A stretch of DNA of 64,000 nt from a virus (IMGVR_UViG_3300031998_000037), one strand, 5' to 3'; counted from the first letter of the stretch, positions 8,518 through 18,410 are shown. Program-made: numbers and translations. Notes: generated from the letters alone by a model not told the origin.

Positions 8518-10479
8518 ATGGCAAAAAAACAAACATCTACTATAAACGTTGGTATTACTTTAGATAAAGATTTTATTACCCAATACAATAAACTTCAAGC
8601 TGAGTACGGCACAGACATAGCAAGACTTAATGGCTTCGGTGACGATCAGCTTTCATATACAGATTTTATTGATAATTTTATTGATGATGATACAATTGCA
8701 GACGTAAGTATTGACGGCAATAGTAATGTCAGAAGAAAAGATATCGTGACACTGATAACAGAAATGCCAAAACCACACAGAAAGCTTCTTGCCTATAATA
8801 AGATTTACTATGAGTTCAAGAAAAAGTATGGCTTTAAGGCAGCAAATACGTGGCTTGAATATGAATGGTCTGGCAAGCTTTATCTCCATGACGCTGACAC
8901 TTCTTCTATGAAGCCTTACTGTTTTGCCTATGACCTTAAAGACCTTGCTGAAAGAGGGTTGTATTTCTTAGGCATAAACAATACTCAGCCAGCACAGCAC
9001 CTTACTACATTTGTTGATTTTGTAAAGGAGTTTATCTCTTTTGCAAGCAACAGAAGTAGCGGTGCGGTAGGCTTACCAAATATAATCCCGTATATGTTCT
9101 ATTATTGGCGCAAAGATGTCAAGTCTGATTATCTCGGAGTAAGAACAAGCGGCAATGAAAAGAAGTATGCTATTCAGAATTTCCAGAGATTTATCTACGC
9201 TGTCAATCAGCCGTGTGTACGTGATGGTCAGCAGTCAGCCTTTACCAATACAACTGTCTTTGATCGTCCTTACTTTGAAGCTCTTTTCGGCGGAACTGAG
9301 TTTCCTGACGGATCGTTTATGATTGATGCCGAAGAAGAAATAATTGAGTTTCAGAAATGGTATATGGAGACAATGGCTGAAATACGCAGCGAGAATATGT
9401 TTACATTCCCCGTATCAACTATTTCTCTTATTCGCAAGAACGGTAAGTTTGAGGATGAGGAATTTGCACATTGGGCAATTCGCCACAATATGAAGTGGTG
9501 CGATAGCAATATGTTTATTGACAAGGACGTAACTTCACTGTCAAATTGTTGTCGCCTTAAATCTCAGATTGATAACCTCGGCTACTTTAACAGTATCGGT
9601 GGAACAGCTTTAAAGGTTGGTTCAGTCAAAGTTGGCACAATCAATCTGGCTCGTATTGCACTTGATACTGAAAATGAAACTGAGTATCTTACAGAACTTA
9701 AAAAGCGTACCCTTATTGACTTAAAGGTACTTGATATAATCAGAGGCATTATAAAGAGAAATGTTGACAAGGGGCTTCTGCCTAACTTTACTTATGGGCT
9801 AATTGACTTTAAACATTTATATAATACAGTGGGCTTTACTGGTGTATATGAGAGCATGAAAAAGTTTGGCTATATCTCACGCGACTTATTCAATAATGTT
9901 TCCTATACAGAACAAGCCGAAAAGTTTGGTAAGAAGATATTCGATACCATACGCAAGACCGCCGATAAGTTCCTTGAAGATAACACTTGCGATTATCTTG
10001 TTTCACTTGAACAATCACCTGTAGAACAAGCGGCAAGCAAACTGATTCGTAAGGACAAGTTCTTCTATCCTGAGTCTGACATCTACGATTTGCCCGTATA
10101 TGGTAATCAGTTTATGCCACTCGGCATCAAGTCAATCTTACAAGAGAGAATAAGGGTTCAGGCTTTATTTGATGGTTTCTGTTCTGGCGGCAGCATACTT
10201 CATGCCAACATTGAAACGCCTTTTGACAGTTATGAAAAGGCATTGGCAATGACAGAGTATGTCGCAGATCAGGGGGTAACATACTTTGCATGGAACACAA
10301 AGATTTCTGCCTGTGAACATAATCACGCATTTCATGGCAAGATTTGCCCAAAGTGTGGTAAGCCTGTAAAAACAGAGTATACCCGTGTAGTCGGTTTTTA
10401 TACGCCGATTGAAAGCTGGTCAAGTGACCGTAAGGCGGAATATAAATTAAGACAATGGGAGGTAGTGAATGAAACTTAA
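8518..10479 (+). CDS. nrdD: anaerobic ribonucleoside-triphosphate reductase (class III RNR)
   Basis: 653 aa; C-terminal Zn-ribbon 'CPKCGKP' followed by the glycyl-radical motif 'TRVVGFYTP'. Confidence 0.75.
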   Translation: MAKKQTSTINVGITLDKDFITQYNKLQAEYGTDIARLNGFGDDQLSYTDFIDNFIDDDTIADVSIDGNSNVRRKDIVTLITEMPKPHRKLLAYNKIYYEFKKKYGFKAANTWLEYEWSGKLYLHDADTSSMKPYCFAYDLKDLAERGLYFLGINNTQPAQHLTTFVDFVKEFISFASNRSSGAVGLPNIIPYMFYYWRKDVKSDYLGVRTSGNEKKYAIQNFQRFIYAVNQPCVRDGQQSAFTNTTVFDRPYFEALFGGTEFPDGSFMIDAEEEIIEFQKWYMETMAEIRSENMFTFPVSTISLIRKNGKFEDEEFAHWAIRHNMKWCDSNMFIDKDVTSLSNCCRLKSQIDNLGYFNSIGGTALKVGSVKVGTINLARIALDTENETEYLTELKKRTLIDLKVLDIIRGIIKRNVDKGLLPNFTYGLIDFKHLYNTVGFTGVYESMKKFGYISRDLFNNVSYTEQAEKFGKKIFDTIRKTADKFLEDNTCDYLVSLEQSPVEQAASKLIRKDKFFYPESDIYDLPVYGNQFMPLGIKSILQERIRVQALFDGFCSGGSILHANIETPFDSYEKALAMTEYVADQGVTYFAWNTKISACEHNHAFHGKICPKCGKPVKTEYTRVVGFYTPIESWSSDRKAEYKLRQWEVVNET

Positions 10480-10942
10480 AGGTTTGATTGACGAGGATTT
10501 TGTGAATTATAAAAAGCCCTCTATGTTTATATCAACCTATACTTGTTCATTCAAATGTTGCGAGGAATGTGGTCAAGCGGTATGCCAAAACTTACCGCTT
10601 GTATCACAGCCTACAATTGAGGTTGATAATGCAGATTTGGCTGTGCGCTACCTTAATAATGATATAACCCATGCTGTTGTTATCGGCGGACTTGAACCAT
10701 TTGACGACTTTGCAGATTTAAACCGTTTTGTCACTTGTTTTCGTTCTTTCTGCAATGACGATATAGTGATCTATACTGGCTACAATGAAGATGAAATAAA
10801 GCATTATGTTGATAAGCTTAGATGGGTTCACAACCTTTACATTAAATATGGCAGATATATCCCTAATCAGCAGCCGCATTATGATGCCGCCCTCGGTGTT
10901 AAGCTTGCAAGCGACAACCAGAAAGGAGTTAAGGTATGCTGA
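10469..10942 (+). CDS. nrdG: anaerobic RNR activating protein (radical SAM)
   Basis: 157 aa directly downstream of nrdD, overlapping it; Cys cluster 'CSFKCCEEC' and 'GGLEP' motif. Confidence 0.6.
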   Translation: MKLKGLIDEDFVNYKKPSMFISTYTCSFKCCEECGQAVCQNLPLVSQPTIEVDNADLAVRYLNNDITHAVVIGGLEPFDDFADLNRFVTCFRSFCNDDIVIYTGYNEDEIKHYVDKLRWVHNLYIKYGRYIPNQQPHYDAALGVKLASDNQKGVKVC

Positions 10943-11133
10943 GAATAATAAAGAACCCCGATGAAGAAATGTTCAAAGAAGTTCTGACAGCAGTTAAGGC
11001 TAACGATTTATACTGTCCGTGCCGTTTGGAGCGCACACCAGATACTAAATGTCCGTGCAAAGAGTTTCGCGATCAGCGAACAGAAGGGGAGTGCAACTGC
11101 GGGCTTTATGTAAAGGTGCAAGAAGATGATTGA
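10936..11133 (+). CDS. small Cys-rich protein
   Basis: CPC...CPC...CNC. Confidence 0.3.
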   Translation: MLRIIKNPDEEMFKEVLTAVKANDLYCPCRLERTPDTKCPCKEFRDQRTEGECNCGLYVKVQEDD

Positions 11134-11329
11134 TGATACTGTTGCAAACTATTTCCCAATAAACAATAACTTCTTGCTTTGGGTAACACATAAAACAACC
11201 GATGGTCAGTTGTGGTATGTCGTTTCAGATTTGTTTCGGAATGAGTATTACTTATTTAAAGGTAAGCGGCAGTTAAGATATAAAAGTGAAAATCCATTAG
11301 ACCTATACAAATATATAAAGGAGAAATGA
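11126..11329 (+). CDS. hypothetical small protein
   Basis: ORF. Confidence 0.3.
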   Translation: MIDDTVANYFPINNNFLLWVTHKTTDGQLWYVVSDLFRNEYYLFKGKRQLRYKSENPLDLYKYIKEK

Positions 11330-11330
11330 T

Positions 11331-11570
11331 ATGAGCTATTACTGCGAAGTTTGCGGTCATATAGGTGGTCACGCTTACGGCTGCCCAGAAGCACCATCGC
11401 CCAAACCTGTAACATATTGTACCTACTGCGATGAGCCTTTATATATCGGTGATGAAGCTTATCAAGCTGGTAATGATATTTATTGTGCTCAGTGCTGCGG
11501 TAGGATTGAAATAGAAGAGCCTGAAAGAGACTGGGATTTTGAGATAGATAAAAGGAGAGAGAATGAGTAA
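11331..11570 (+). CDS. small zinc-binding protein (multiple CxxC)
   Basis: CEVCGH, CTYCDE, CAQCCG. Confidence 0.35.
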   Translation: MSYYCEVCGHIGGHAYGCPEAPSPKPVTYCTYCDEPLYIGDEAYQAGNDIYCAQCCGRIEIEEPERDWDFEIDKRRENE

Positions 11571-12515
11571 CGAAAATCTAAGAATGGCACGAAAGATTAA
11601 GAATGATGAGTTCTATAGCCGCTATGAAGATATAGAAAAAGAGCTTGTCCATTACAAAGATCAGCTACGCGGCAAGATTGTTTATTGCAACTGTGATATT
11701 CCTGAGAGCAACTTTGTCAAGTTCTTGAATGATGTCAAAGACGAATGGGGCATTCAAGATGTATGGCATACCTCGCTTGACGAGGGTATAAGCTTTGATA
11801 GTGATTATGCGAAAGACTTACTAAGCAAATGTGATGTGGTCATAACAAATCCTCCATTTTCAATCACAAGAGAAAGGTTCGTTCCTATGCTTGAAGAAAG
11901 CGGCAAACAGTTTCTCTTTATAGGCAATCTAAATATGGCAACTATGCGAGAAATATTTCCGCTGATCCGTGACGGCAAACTATGGACAGGCTATACGCAC
12001 CCTAAAGAGTTCCTACAGCCAGATGGCACATACAAAAAGTTTGGTAATTGTTTATGGTGGACTAATATGCCTGTAGAAAAAGAGTTTAGGCTTGACACAT
12101 CAAAAAAGTATTATGGTAATGAAAGTAAATATCCTCACTATGATAATTATGATGCCATTAATGTTGATAGAGTTGCTGATATTCCTTCAGATTATTCAGG
12201 CGTGATTGGCGTACCCGTTACGTTCATTGAACATTATACCCCCACCCCGACAAGATAGGAGGGGACTTCGGCTCAGTATTGTCGGATTTAGAAAGGGAGC
12301 AGACGGCAAAGACCTTCACGCCAACGGAAGATATTATTACGGCAGATACCTTATCGTTATTGGATCATAGATGTGATCTATATAACGAAGTAGGTAGGGG
12401 GGGGTACGACATACATACTTCCATCGCTTGCTCATTAAGAGTCGTTGACGCATTGAACTGTCCAAGTTTAAATAATGAAAAGATATTTAAAAGATTAATG
12501 ATAAGGAGATTATAA
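11563..12515 (+). CDS. N6-adenine DNA methyltransferase (NPPF motif), split by a frameshift at a C5AC4 tract (12239-12248); also carries an in-frame G8 tract (12397-12404)
   Basis: 'CDVVITNPPFS' motif IV. The frame-1 ORF stops at 12258, but frame 0 is open from 12231 to 12515, so a +1 C would fuse them to ~317 aa. Confidence 0.55.
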
Positions 12516-12517
12516 GA

Positions 12518-13044
12518 TTGAGCTTTTCAGAGTCGATAAAGACAAGCTTAGGAGGAGATGAATATTATACTCCTTCTAATGCGGTAGAAATGATTTTACC
12601 TGTGCTGCGCAAGCATAATTTTTCAAAAGTCTGGTGTCCATTTGATACTGCCGAAAGTAATTTTGTTGTAAAACTCAGCAAAGAATTTGAAGTAGTATAC
12701 GGTCATATTTATACTGGACAAGATTTCTTTGAATATGATACCCCCCCGAAGGTGTGGAATGTGTAGTAAGCAATCCGCCATTTAGTAAAAGAAATGATAT
12801 ATTTAAGAGGCTGTTTGAATGGGATATACCTTTTGCTCTTATTATGAATATGAACGGCATCTTTGATAGCAAAGAAAGATATGATTTGTTTAAAGATAAA
12901 CAGGTTGAGTTCTTTATACCAAAGGGTAGAATGAAATTCTTTACGCCTGATGGTGTTACAAAAAACTCGCCTAATTTTCAGAGTATTTATATTTGCAGTA
13001 AATTATTAGATAAACAACTTGAATTTTCTGAAAGTGAATTTTAA
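12518..13044 (+). CDS. phage Dam-family N6-adenine DNA methyltransferase, interrupted at a C7 tract (12741-12747); C8 would restore the frame
   Basis: N-part 'EYYTPSNAVE...YDTPP' (frame 2) and C-part 'ECVVSNPPFSKRNDIF' (frame 1) meet only across the poly-C. Confidence 0.65.
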
Positions 13045-13769
13045 AGGAGATGTAATGAGTAATATACAACTTTTTCAAGGGGACTGCTTGGAACTTATGA
13101 AAGATATACCAGACAAAAGTGTGGATTTAATTTTGACAGATTTACCTTACGGAACAACAGCTTGTAAGTGGGACAGCATAATTCCATTTGATTTACTATG
13201 GGGGGGGGTACGACCGTATCATAAAAGACGATGGTTGCATTGCTTTGTTTGGTAGCGAACCATTTTCTACGATGTTAAGATATAGCAATCTGAAGCATTT
13301 TAAATATGATTGGATATGGGAGAAAGAACAGGGTGCTAATTTTATGCTTTGTAAATATCAGCCCTATAAAGTACATGAAGTCATTTCTATCTTTGGCAAT
13401 AAGAAGATGCGTTATTATCCGCAAATGACCGCTGGCAAACCTTATATATCAGGCAAGGGTACAAGTGGTGATATTACAAACAATGTACCAAAGATACAGA
13501 CAGTTAATTCGGGTACAAGATATCCGCGAAGCATTCAAAAATTTAACACTCAAAAAAATCACTCGGTTCATCCAACTCAGAAGCCAGTGCCACTACTTGA
13601 ATACCTTATTAAGACCTATACAATTGAGGGTGACACAGTATTAGATAGTTGCATGGGCAGTGGCAGCACGGGCGTAGCTGCCGTCAATACAAATCGCAAC
13701 TTTATTGGCATGGAACTTGATGAGAAATATTTTCAGATTGCACAAACCAGAATTAAGGAGGCAACATAA
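13019..13769 (+). CDS. beta-class N6A/N4C DNA methyltransferase, interrupted at a G9 tract (13200-13208); G8 would restore the frame
   Basis: 'LILTDLPYG' motif IV first, then 'HPTQKP', then 'CMGSGSTG' motif I at the C-terminus. N-part 'FDLLWGG' is in frame 2 and C-part 'GGGYDRIIKDDG' in frame 0. Confidence 0.7.
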
Positions 13770-14011
13770 TGAAAGACTATTTCGGGCATAAGATAAATAT
13801 AGGCGACATTGTTCTATACAACGAACGCGGCTCAAAAGGATATCGCTCTTCCTTTAGTGAAGGAACTGTGATTGAATTTGTTGGCAAAACAAAAGTAAAA
13901 ATTAAAAACGATTCAAGCTTTTGGGCAGCAACTAAATATCCAGAAAACACAGTTGATCTTACAGCTCTTGATATAAGACAAAAGGTAACACTTAATGAAG
14001 ATAGCGTTTGA
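13769..14011 (+). CDS. hypothetical protein
   Basis: ORF. Confidence 0.3.
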   Translation: MKDYFGHKINIGDIVLYNERGSKGYRSSFSEGTVIEFVGKTKVKIKNDSSFWAATKYPENTVDLTALDIRQKVTLNEDSV

Positions 14012-14570
14012 TTTAGATAGTGTTTGCGTAAATACAGTTGACGCGATTATAGAGTACATAAATGAGCGAGTGCCTGTAAATCTGAAAGTTGATGATATCA
14101 CTTCCTACAATATTGAATCAGCTTTACCAGAGCAATTTCAATGGATTGTAGACGCAGGTTTCCGTGACTCAAAAATGTGGAAGAAAGTAAAACTGTTGCC
14201 GCGATGTGCCGAAATCATGGAGAAGCTTTACAAAGAGGGCTATGAGATTTGGTTTGCCACATCATCGCTGCCTGAGAATATGCGCAAGAAGATAAAACAC
14301 TTGGCTCGTAATATGCAATTCTTTCCTGAGCATTATGTGTGGCAGCACACTATCAATATTCAGGACAAGTATTTGCTTAATGTTGATGTGCTTGTAGACG
14401 ATTGCCTGAAACACGCAATTCACCCTGATAGATTGTATTGGTCTATTATCATGGACTACCCGTGGAATAGATTATCTGAGCCTGTAGAACGCACAGTACG
14501 AGCATATGATTGGGATTGGATATATGAAAAGATACATATGATAGACAACATACTAAAGGAGGATAAGTAA
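13995..14570 (+). CDS. HAD-family 5'(3')-deoxyribonucleotidase-like (NT5C-type)
   Basis: N-terminal 'IAFDLDSVC' (DxD nucleophile motif) and a later 'LVDDC'. Confidence 0.45.
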   Translation: MKIAFDLDSVCVNTVDAIIEYINERVPVNLKVDDITSYNIESALPEQFQWIVDAGFRDSKMWKKVKLLPRCAEIMEKLYKEGYEIWFATSSLPENMRKKIKHLARNMQFFPEHYVWQHTINIQDKYLLNVDVLVDDCLKHAIHPDRLYWSIIMDYPWNRLSEPVERTVRAYDWDWIYEKIHMIDNILKEDK

Positions 14571-15167
14571 ATGGGCTTAACCGCAGCGAAGCTTGCTGGC
14601 AGTGATCCGACAAGAGGCAGAATGAAGAACGATTATTATGCTACCCCTCCCATTGCGACTGAACTTCTTTTGAAAGAAGTGAAACTATATGATGATACTA
14701 TTTTAGAACCAGCAGCAGGTGAAGGTCATATTGTTAAAGTGCTGAAAGAATTTTACCCTTATAATGAGATAACAGCTAATGATTTAGTTTACCGCAGTAG
14801 TCGTATAGGCATTGATGTGAACGGCGGCATAGATTTCCTTACATATGAACCACACCGCAAATTTGATACTATCATTACAAACCCACCTTTTAATCAGGCA
14901 AAAGAGTTTATTGAGAAAGCATTGACGCTTGCAAATCATTACGTCATTATATTTGCCAAGCTTCAATTTCTGGAGACTGTTGAACGCCGCAAGCTGTTTG
15001 ACGAATATCCACCTAAGTATGTTTATGTACATAGCCGTCGTGTTAGCCCGTATATAAATGGTGATCCTGTAGATGAAAAGGGTAAGCCGTGGGCAAGTCC
15101 TATGGCGTTTGCTTGGTTTGTGTGGGAGATAGATTATGAAGGAGAGACAACATTAAGATGGTTATAA
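14571..15167 (+). CDS. phage Dam-family N6-adenine DNA methyltransferase (intact)
   Basis: 'DYYATPP' and 'TIITNPPFNQAKEF'; paralog of the 3275-3884 gene. Confidence 0.7.
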   Translation: MGLTAAKLAGSDPTRGRMKNDYYATPPIATELLLKEVKLYDDTILEPAAGEGHIVKVLKEFYPYNEITANDLVYRSSRIGIDVNGGIDFLTYEPHRKFDTIITNPPFNQAKEFIEKALTLANHYVIIFAKLQFLETVERRKLFDEYPPKYVYVHSRRVSPYINGDPVDEKGKPWASPMAFAWFVWEIDYEGETTLRWL

Positions 15168-15439
15168 AAGGATTTAGCCCATATATAAAAGAAATTCCTG
15201 AGTTTGCTGATCCCGAAGGCTCTATAAGATATTGCAATGTTGATATTATGCATGAACAGATTGAGTGTAAACATAATGAGGTCACGTTCTATGATAATAT
15301 TTGCAAAGACAATACCTTTATAATTGAGGACAAGTCCCCTGATTATTCAGGATATCAATGCCGTTACTTTAAAGGTTACGTTCTTAAAGAAAAGGATGGT
15401 GATTATTCATGGTGGATGAAGCCGATACAAAAACAGTAA
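15158..15439 (+). CDS. hypothetical Cys-rich protein
   Basis: ORF. Confidence 0.3.
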   Translation: MVIKGFSPYIKEIPEFADPEGSIRYCNVDIMHEQIECKHNEVTFYDNICKDNTFIIEDKSPDYSGYQCRYFKGYVLKEKDGDYSWWMKPIQKQ

Positions 15440-15550
15440 TATGTACTAACGAGGATTGTAAATATAATAGCTCTTGCATCTGTACCGCAGATGTTATTTG
15501 GATAAGCAAAACTGGGAATTGTCGCACATTTAAAACAAAGGAGAACAATA

Positions 15551-16045
15551 ATGAATAAGTTTGAGAAAGTAAGTTACGATCAGTTTGAAAAGGATTTAAG
15601 TGGCGACGCTTGGGTTGAGCCTATAATAAACATTATGTATGAGCAAATCAAATTGCCACAGAGAGCCACAAAGTTCTCTGCTGGCTATGATATATACGCT
15701 CCATATGATTTAGTAATACCGCCTAAAGGCACGGTCAAAGTTCCTACAGGTATTAGGGTTCAGCTTGATGATGATAAGTTCCTCGCTGTTTATCCGCGTT
15801 CAGGATTAGGCTTTAAGTTTAAGATGCAGTTATATAATAGTGTCGGCATTATTGACAGCGACTATTACAATTCAGATAATGAGGGGCATATCTGGTGTAA
15901 GTTCTATAATGACAGTCCTGACGGTAAGACGATTACTATTAAGCAAGGCGAAGCAATGTGTCAAGGTATTATTCAGCAATATTTTAAGATAAATGGTGAT
16001 GAGACAGACGGTGTACGCAATGGGGGCTTTGGCAGCACAACGTAA
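15551..16045 (+). CDS. dut: dUTP diphosphatase (trimeric dUTPase)
   Basis: motifs 'ATKFSAGYDIYA', 'YPRSGLG', 'GIIDSDY', 'RNGGFGST'. Confidence 0.85.
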   Translation: MNKFEKVSYDQFEKDLSGDAWVEPIINIMYEQIKLPQRATKFSAGYDIYAPYDLVIPPKGTVKVPTGIRVQLDDDKFLAVYPRSGLGFKFKMQLYNSVGIIDSDYYNSDNEGHIWCKFYNDSPDGKTITIKQGEAMCQGIIQQYFKINGDETDGVRNGGFGSTT

Positions 16046-16057
16046 AATTTTGGTCTG

Positions 16058-16070
16058 GGAACTCAGTTCC
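16058..16070. promoter_or_regulatory. GGAACTCAGTTCC palindromic motif (copy 2), between dut and the HNH gene
   Basis: exact match, followed by TTTTCCAAAAAAA. Confidence 0.6.
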
Positions 16071-16111
16071 TTTTCCAAAAAAATGATATAGGAGGGATAT
16101 GTAAAAACAAA

Positions 16112-16699
16112 ATGAGTTATAGATTAAACGAAGAACAGACAAGGAAATACACAGCTAAGTTTACGGTTAATGAATGGCTCGCGTTTAGAGAACGTCTTAA
16201 TAAATTAATTGAACTTAATTTAATTTCAGAAAGAGACAGAAAACTTTTAACTGAAATAATAATAAATAATAAGTCTACTGAACAACTTGCGTATTTGGCA
16301 AAAACTGATGAAGAGTACAATTGGCTGGTATCTAACCAGAATAAACCTATGAGTTCTCGAAGAATACTTCAAATACTCACTCAGTATTTTCCAGAGTTTC
16401 ATATACAAAAATCGCACAAGCAAAACCGTAAAAACCAAAAAATCAGAACTGAGCAAACCAGATTGCGCAAAGTAATGATAACTCCTGATTCGTGTTGTGG
16501 CAAATGTGGCTCTAAGGATAATTTAGAAATACATCATATGCTGCCAGTTATTCTTGGCGGTGATAATATCGACGATAACTTGCTTATTCTTTGCAGAGAT
16601 TGTCACCAAAAAGTCACAACTATTTATGACGAATGGTTAAGAAAATATCCACAAATTAAGGACTTTTTCAAAAACACAGAAATTAATCCTTCTGAATAA
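16112..16699 (+). CDS. HNH endonuclease
   Basis: 'CCGKCGS...EIHHMLPVILGGDNIDDNLLILCRDCHQ'. Confidence 0.7.
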   Translation: MSYRLNEEQTRKYTAKFTVNEWLAFRERLNKLIELNLISERDRKLLTEIIINNKSTEQLAYLAKTDEEYNWLVSNQNKPMSSRRILQILTQYFPEFHIQKSHKQNRKNQKIRTEQTRLRKVMITPDSCCGKCGSKDNLEIHHMLPVILGGDNIDDNLLILCRDCHQKVTTIYDEWLRKYPQIKDFFKNTEINPSE

Positions 16700-16971
16700 A
16701 GTTTCGCAAAAGGTTCTCCAAATTTCCTCAAATATGAATTTGGTGCAACTTTGGTGCAACTCTTGACAAACCGCTTTCCCCGTACTATAATATACATAAG
16801 GTCACAGGTTTGTCGGACTTCTGTGACTGTCAAGCCACTTGCAAATGTAGTAACCAACTGCGTTTGCATAAAGGAACCCCAAGAGATCACGGCTCTTGGG
16901 GTTTTATCTATAACTCATAATAATACAAAAGTCAACTAATTTATTAGCCATAGCTTTCATTTTTTTGGCTT

Positions 16972-16984
16972 AGGAACTCAGTTC
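16972..16984. promoter_or_regulatory. GGAACTCAGTTCC palindromic motif (copy 3), at the convergent junction between the + module and rep
   Basis: exact match, flanked by TTTTTTT and AATTCAAAAATTTT. Confidence 0.6.
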
Positions 16985-16988
16985 CAAT

Positions 16989-18062
16989 TCAAAAATTTTC
17001 TCTTTGTTTATCACGTTCAGCCTTTAACATAGCCCTAAAATAACTGTAACGGTTAGCGATATTTTGCTGTTCAGATATAGCATTAAAGTGAGTATATTGT
17101 TCCTGTAAATAATGATACCTTGCAAACCCAATGCCAAGAGGATGTTCAGGCATATCCGTAGAAAATACAATTGCAAGCAGACTTTCCATTTCTTTTACTG
17201 AAAATTCATTATTACAAGCACCTGAGAAAAAGTCAAGTTCAACATCTTGTGTCTCTATTTCTTCTTTAATCTTGTCAACATCAATTAAATCTGAAAATCC
17301 CTCAAAGATAGGAATTTGTTTTTGAGCTGGTTCATTTTTAGTGATAGTAAACACAATAGATATCCACCTACCACCTGCACCTGTCTTGCCGCGCTCATAG
17401 GTATAGCTAATGTCTGTAAGTTCCTTTAAAGCCTTTTGACAGCTATCGAGTACATACTTTTTAAATAAAGACCAACCATTTTTATTTGAATATTCAGTTT
17501 CGGCAATACCGAGCAATTCTCTAAGTTCTTTTACAGGTATCTCTCTCTTCCCTATATTCTCGTATTGTTTTAAAATTTCATACATTCTAATTTGATTTGC
17601 TGATTTAAGGATCAGTGCATTCCAAAGTTCGTACTTAAAATATCTCTCTTTAAAATCAAACATTAAAGGCAATGCTTTATCGTGGGCATCTATCTGAACA
17701 TACCATTCGCCGTCCTCATTCTTATCAACTTCACATTCTTTAAAAAGCTGAAATCCAGAATATCCGCCACTCTCTTTTGGTATATTGACAACCTTACAAA
17801 GTAAGCTATTAGTGCTTGATTTAAGTTGCTGAATATTCATTCTACTAAACCCCATGATCTTCTGGAAGTCAGACAGTGGGAATCGAACAATTCTTGTTGA
17901 CTCATCTCTGGGGTTTATCTTAGATAGATAAATCGAAAAAAAGCGTAACTCTTGTAAGGATAGATTATTGGCTCTAATCTCGTTAAGGATATTTCTTTTT
18001 TCTACTATAGCTCCCTCATAAATAGTAGACATATATATCACCTCAATATTATTATAACACAC
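16989..18062 (-). CDS. rep: plasmid-type replication initiator (RepA_N-like)
   Basis: 357 aa whose N-terminal region resembles Firmicute theta-plasmid RepA_N; iterons lie immediately upstream. Confidence 0.6.
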   Translation of the reverse strand: MCYNNIEVIYMSTIYEGAIVEKRNILNEIRANNLSLQELRFFSIYLSKINPRDESTRIVRFPLSDFQKIMGFSRMNIQQLKSSTNSLLCKVVNIPKESGGYSGFQLFKECEVDKNEDGEWYVQIDAHDKALPLMFDFKERYFKYELWNALILKSANQIRMYEILKQYENIGKREIPVKELRELLGIAETEYSNKNGWSLFKKYVLDSCQKALKELTDISYTYERGKTGAGGRWISIVFTITKNEPAQKQIPIFEGFSDLIDVDKIKEEIETQDVELDFFSGACNNEFSVKEMESLLAIVFSTDMPEHPLGIGFARYHYLQEQYTHFNAISEQQNIANRYSYFRAMLKAERDKQRENF

Positions 18063-18063
18063 A

Positions 18064-18215
18064 TTCTATAGATTGTCAATGCTATCTATAGTATTATGCA
18101 ATGAAATCTATAGAATCGTGCAATACAATCTATAGTATCTTGCAATGAAATCTATAGAATTGTGCAATACAATCTATAGAATTGTGCAATACAATCTATA
18201 GAATCGATTCCGCAA
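18064..18215. repeat. iteron array: ~7 tandem 22-bp repeats (consensus AATCTATAGAATYGTGCAATAC)
   Basis: counted by eye at 22-bp periodicity, directly upstream of rep; 2 further copies at 18411-18448. Confidence 0.8.
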
Positions 18216-18410
18216 AGGTGCTATTTTAGGTCGTTTACGATAACCGAAAATATATATAAAATAAATAAAATACTTCTAAAACATCTTTCAAACTATCATG
18301 GAGCAAAAACTGATATTAATTTAAGACTTAAAGAAATAAAATTGGCAAAACAACCAAAACATAAATATAAAATTCATTATCAAACGAATTATAAAGTACA
18401 ATTCAATCAT
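18216..18410. other. AT-rich spacer between iteron groups (putative DNA unwinding element/origin)
   Basis: extreme AT content between the two iteron sets. Confidence 0.5.

Noticed and set aside
18064-18215. Possible CRISPR array (regular 22-bp repeats)
   Set aside because: The repeats are contiguous with no unique spacers and sit directly in front of rep, so they are iterons, not CRISPR.
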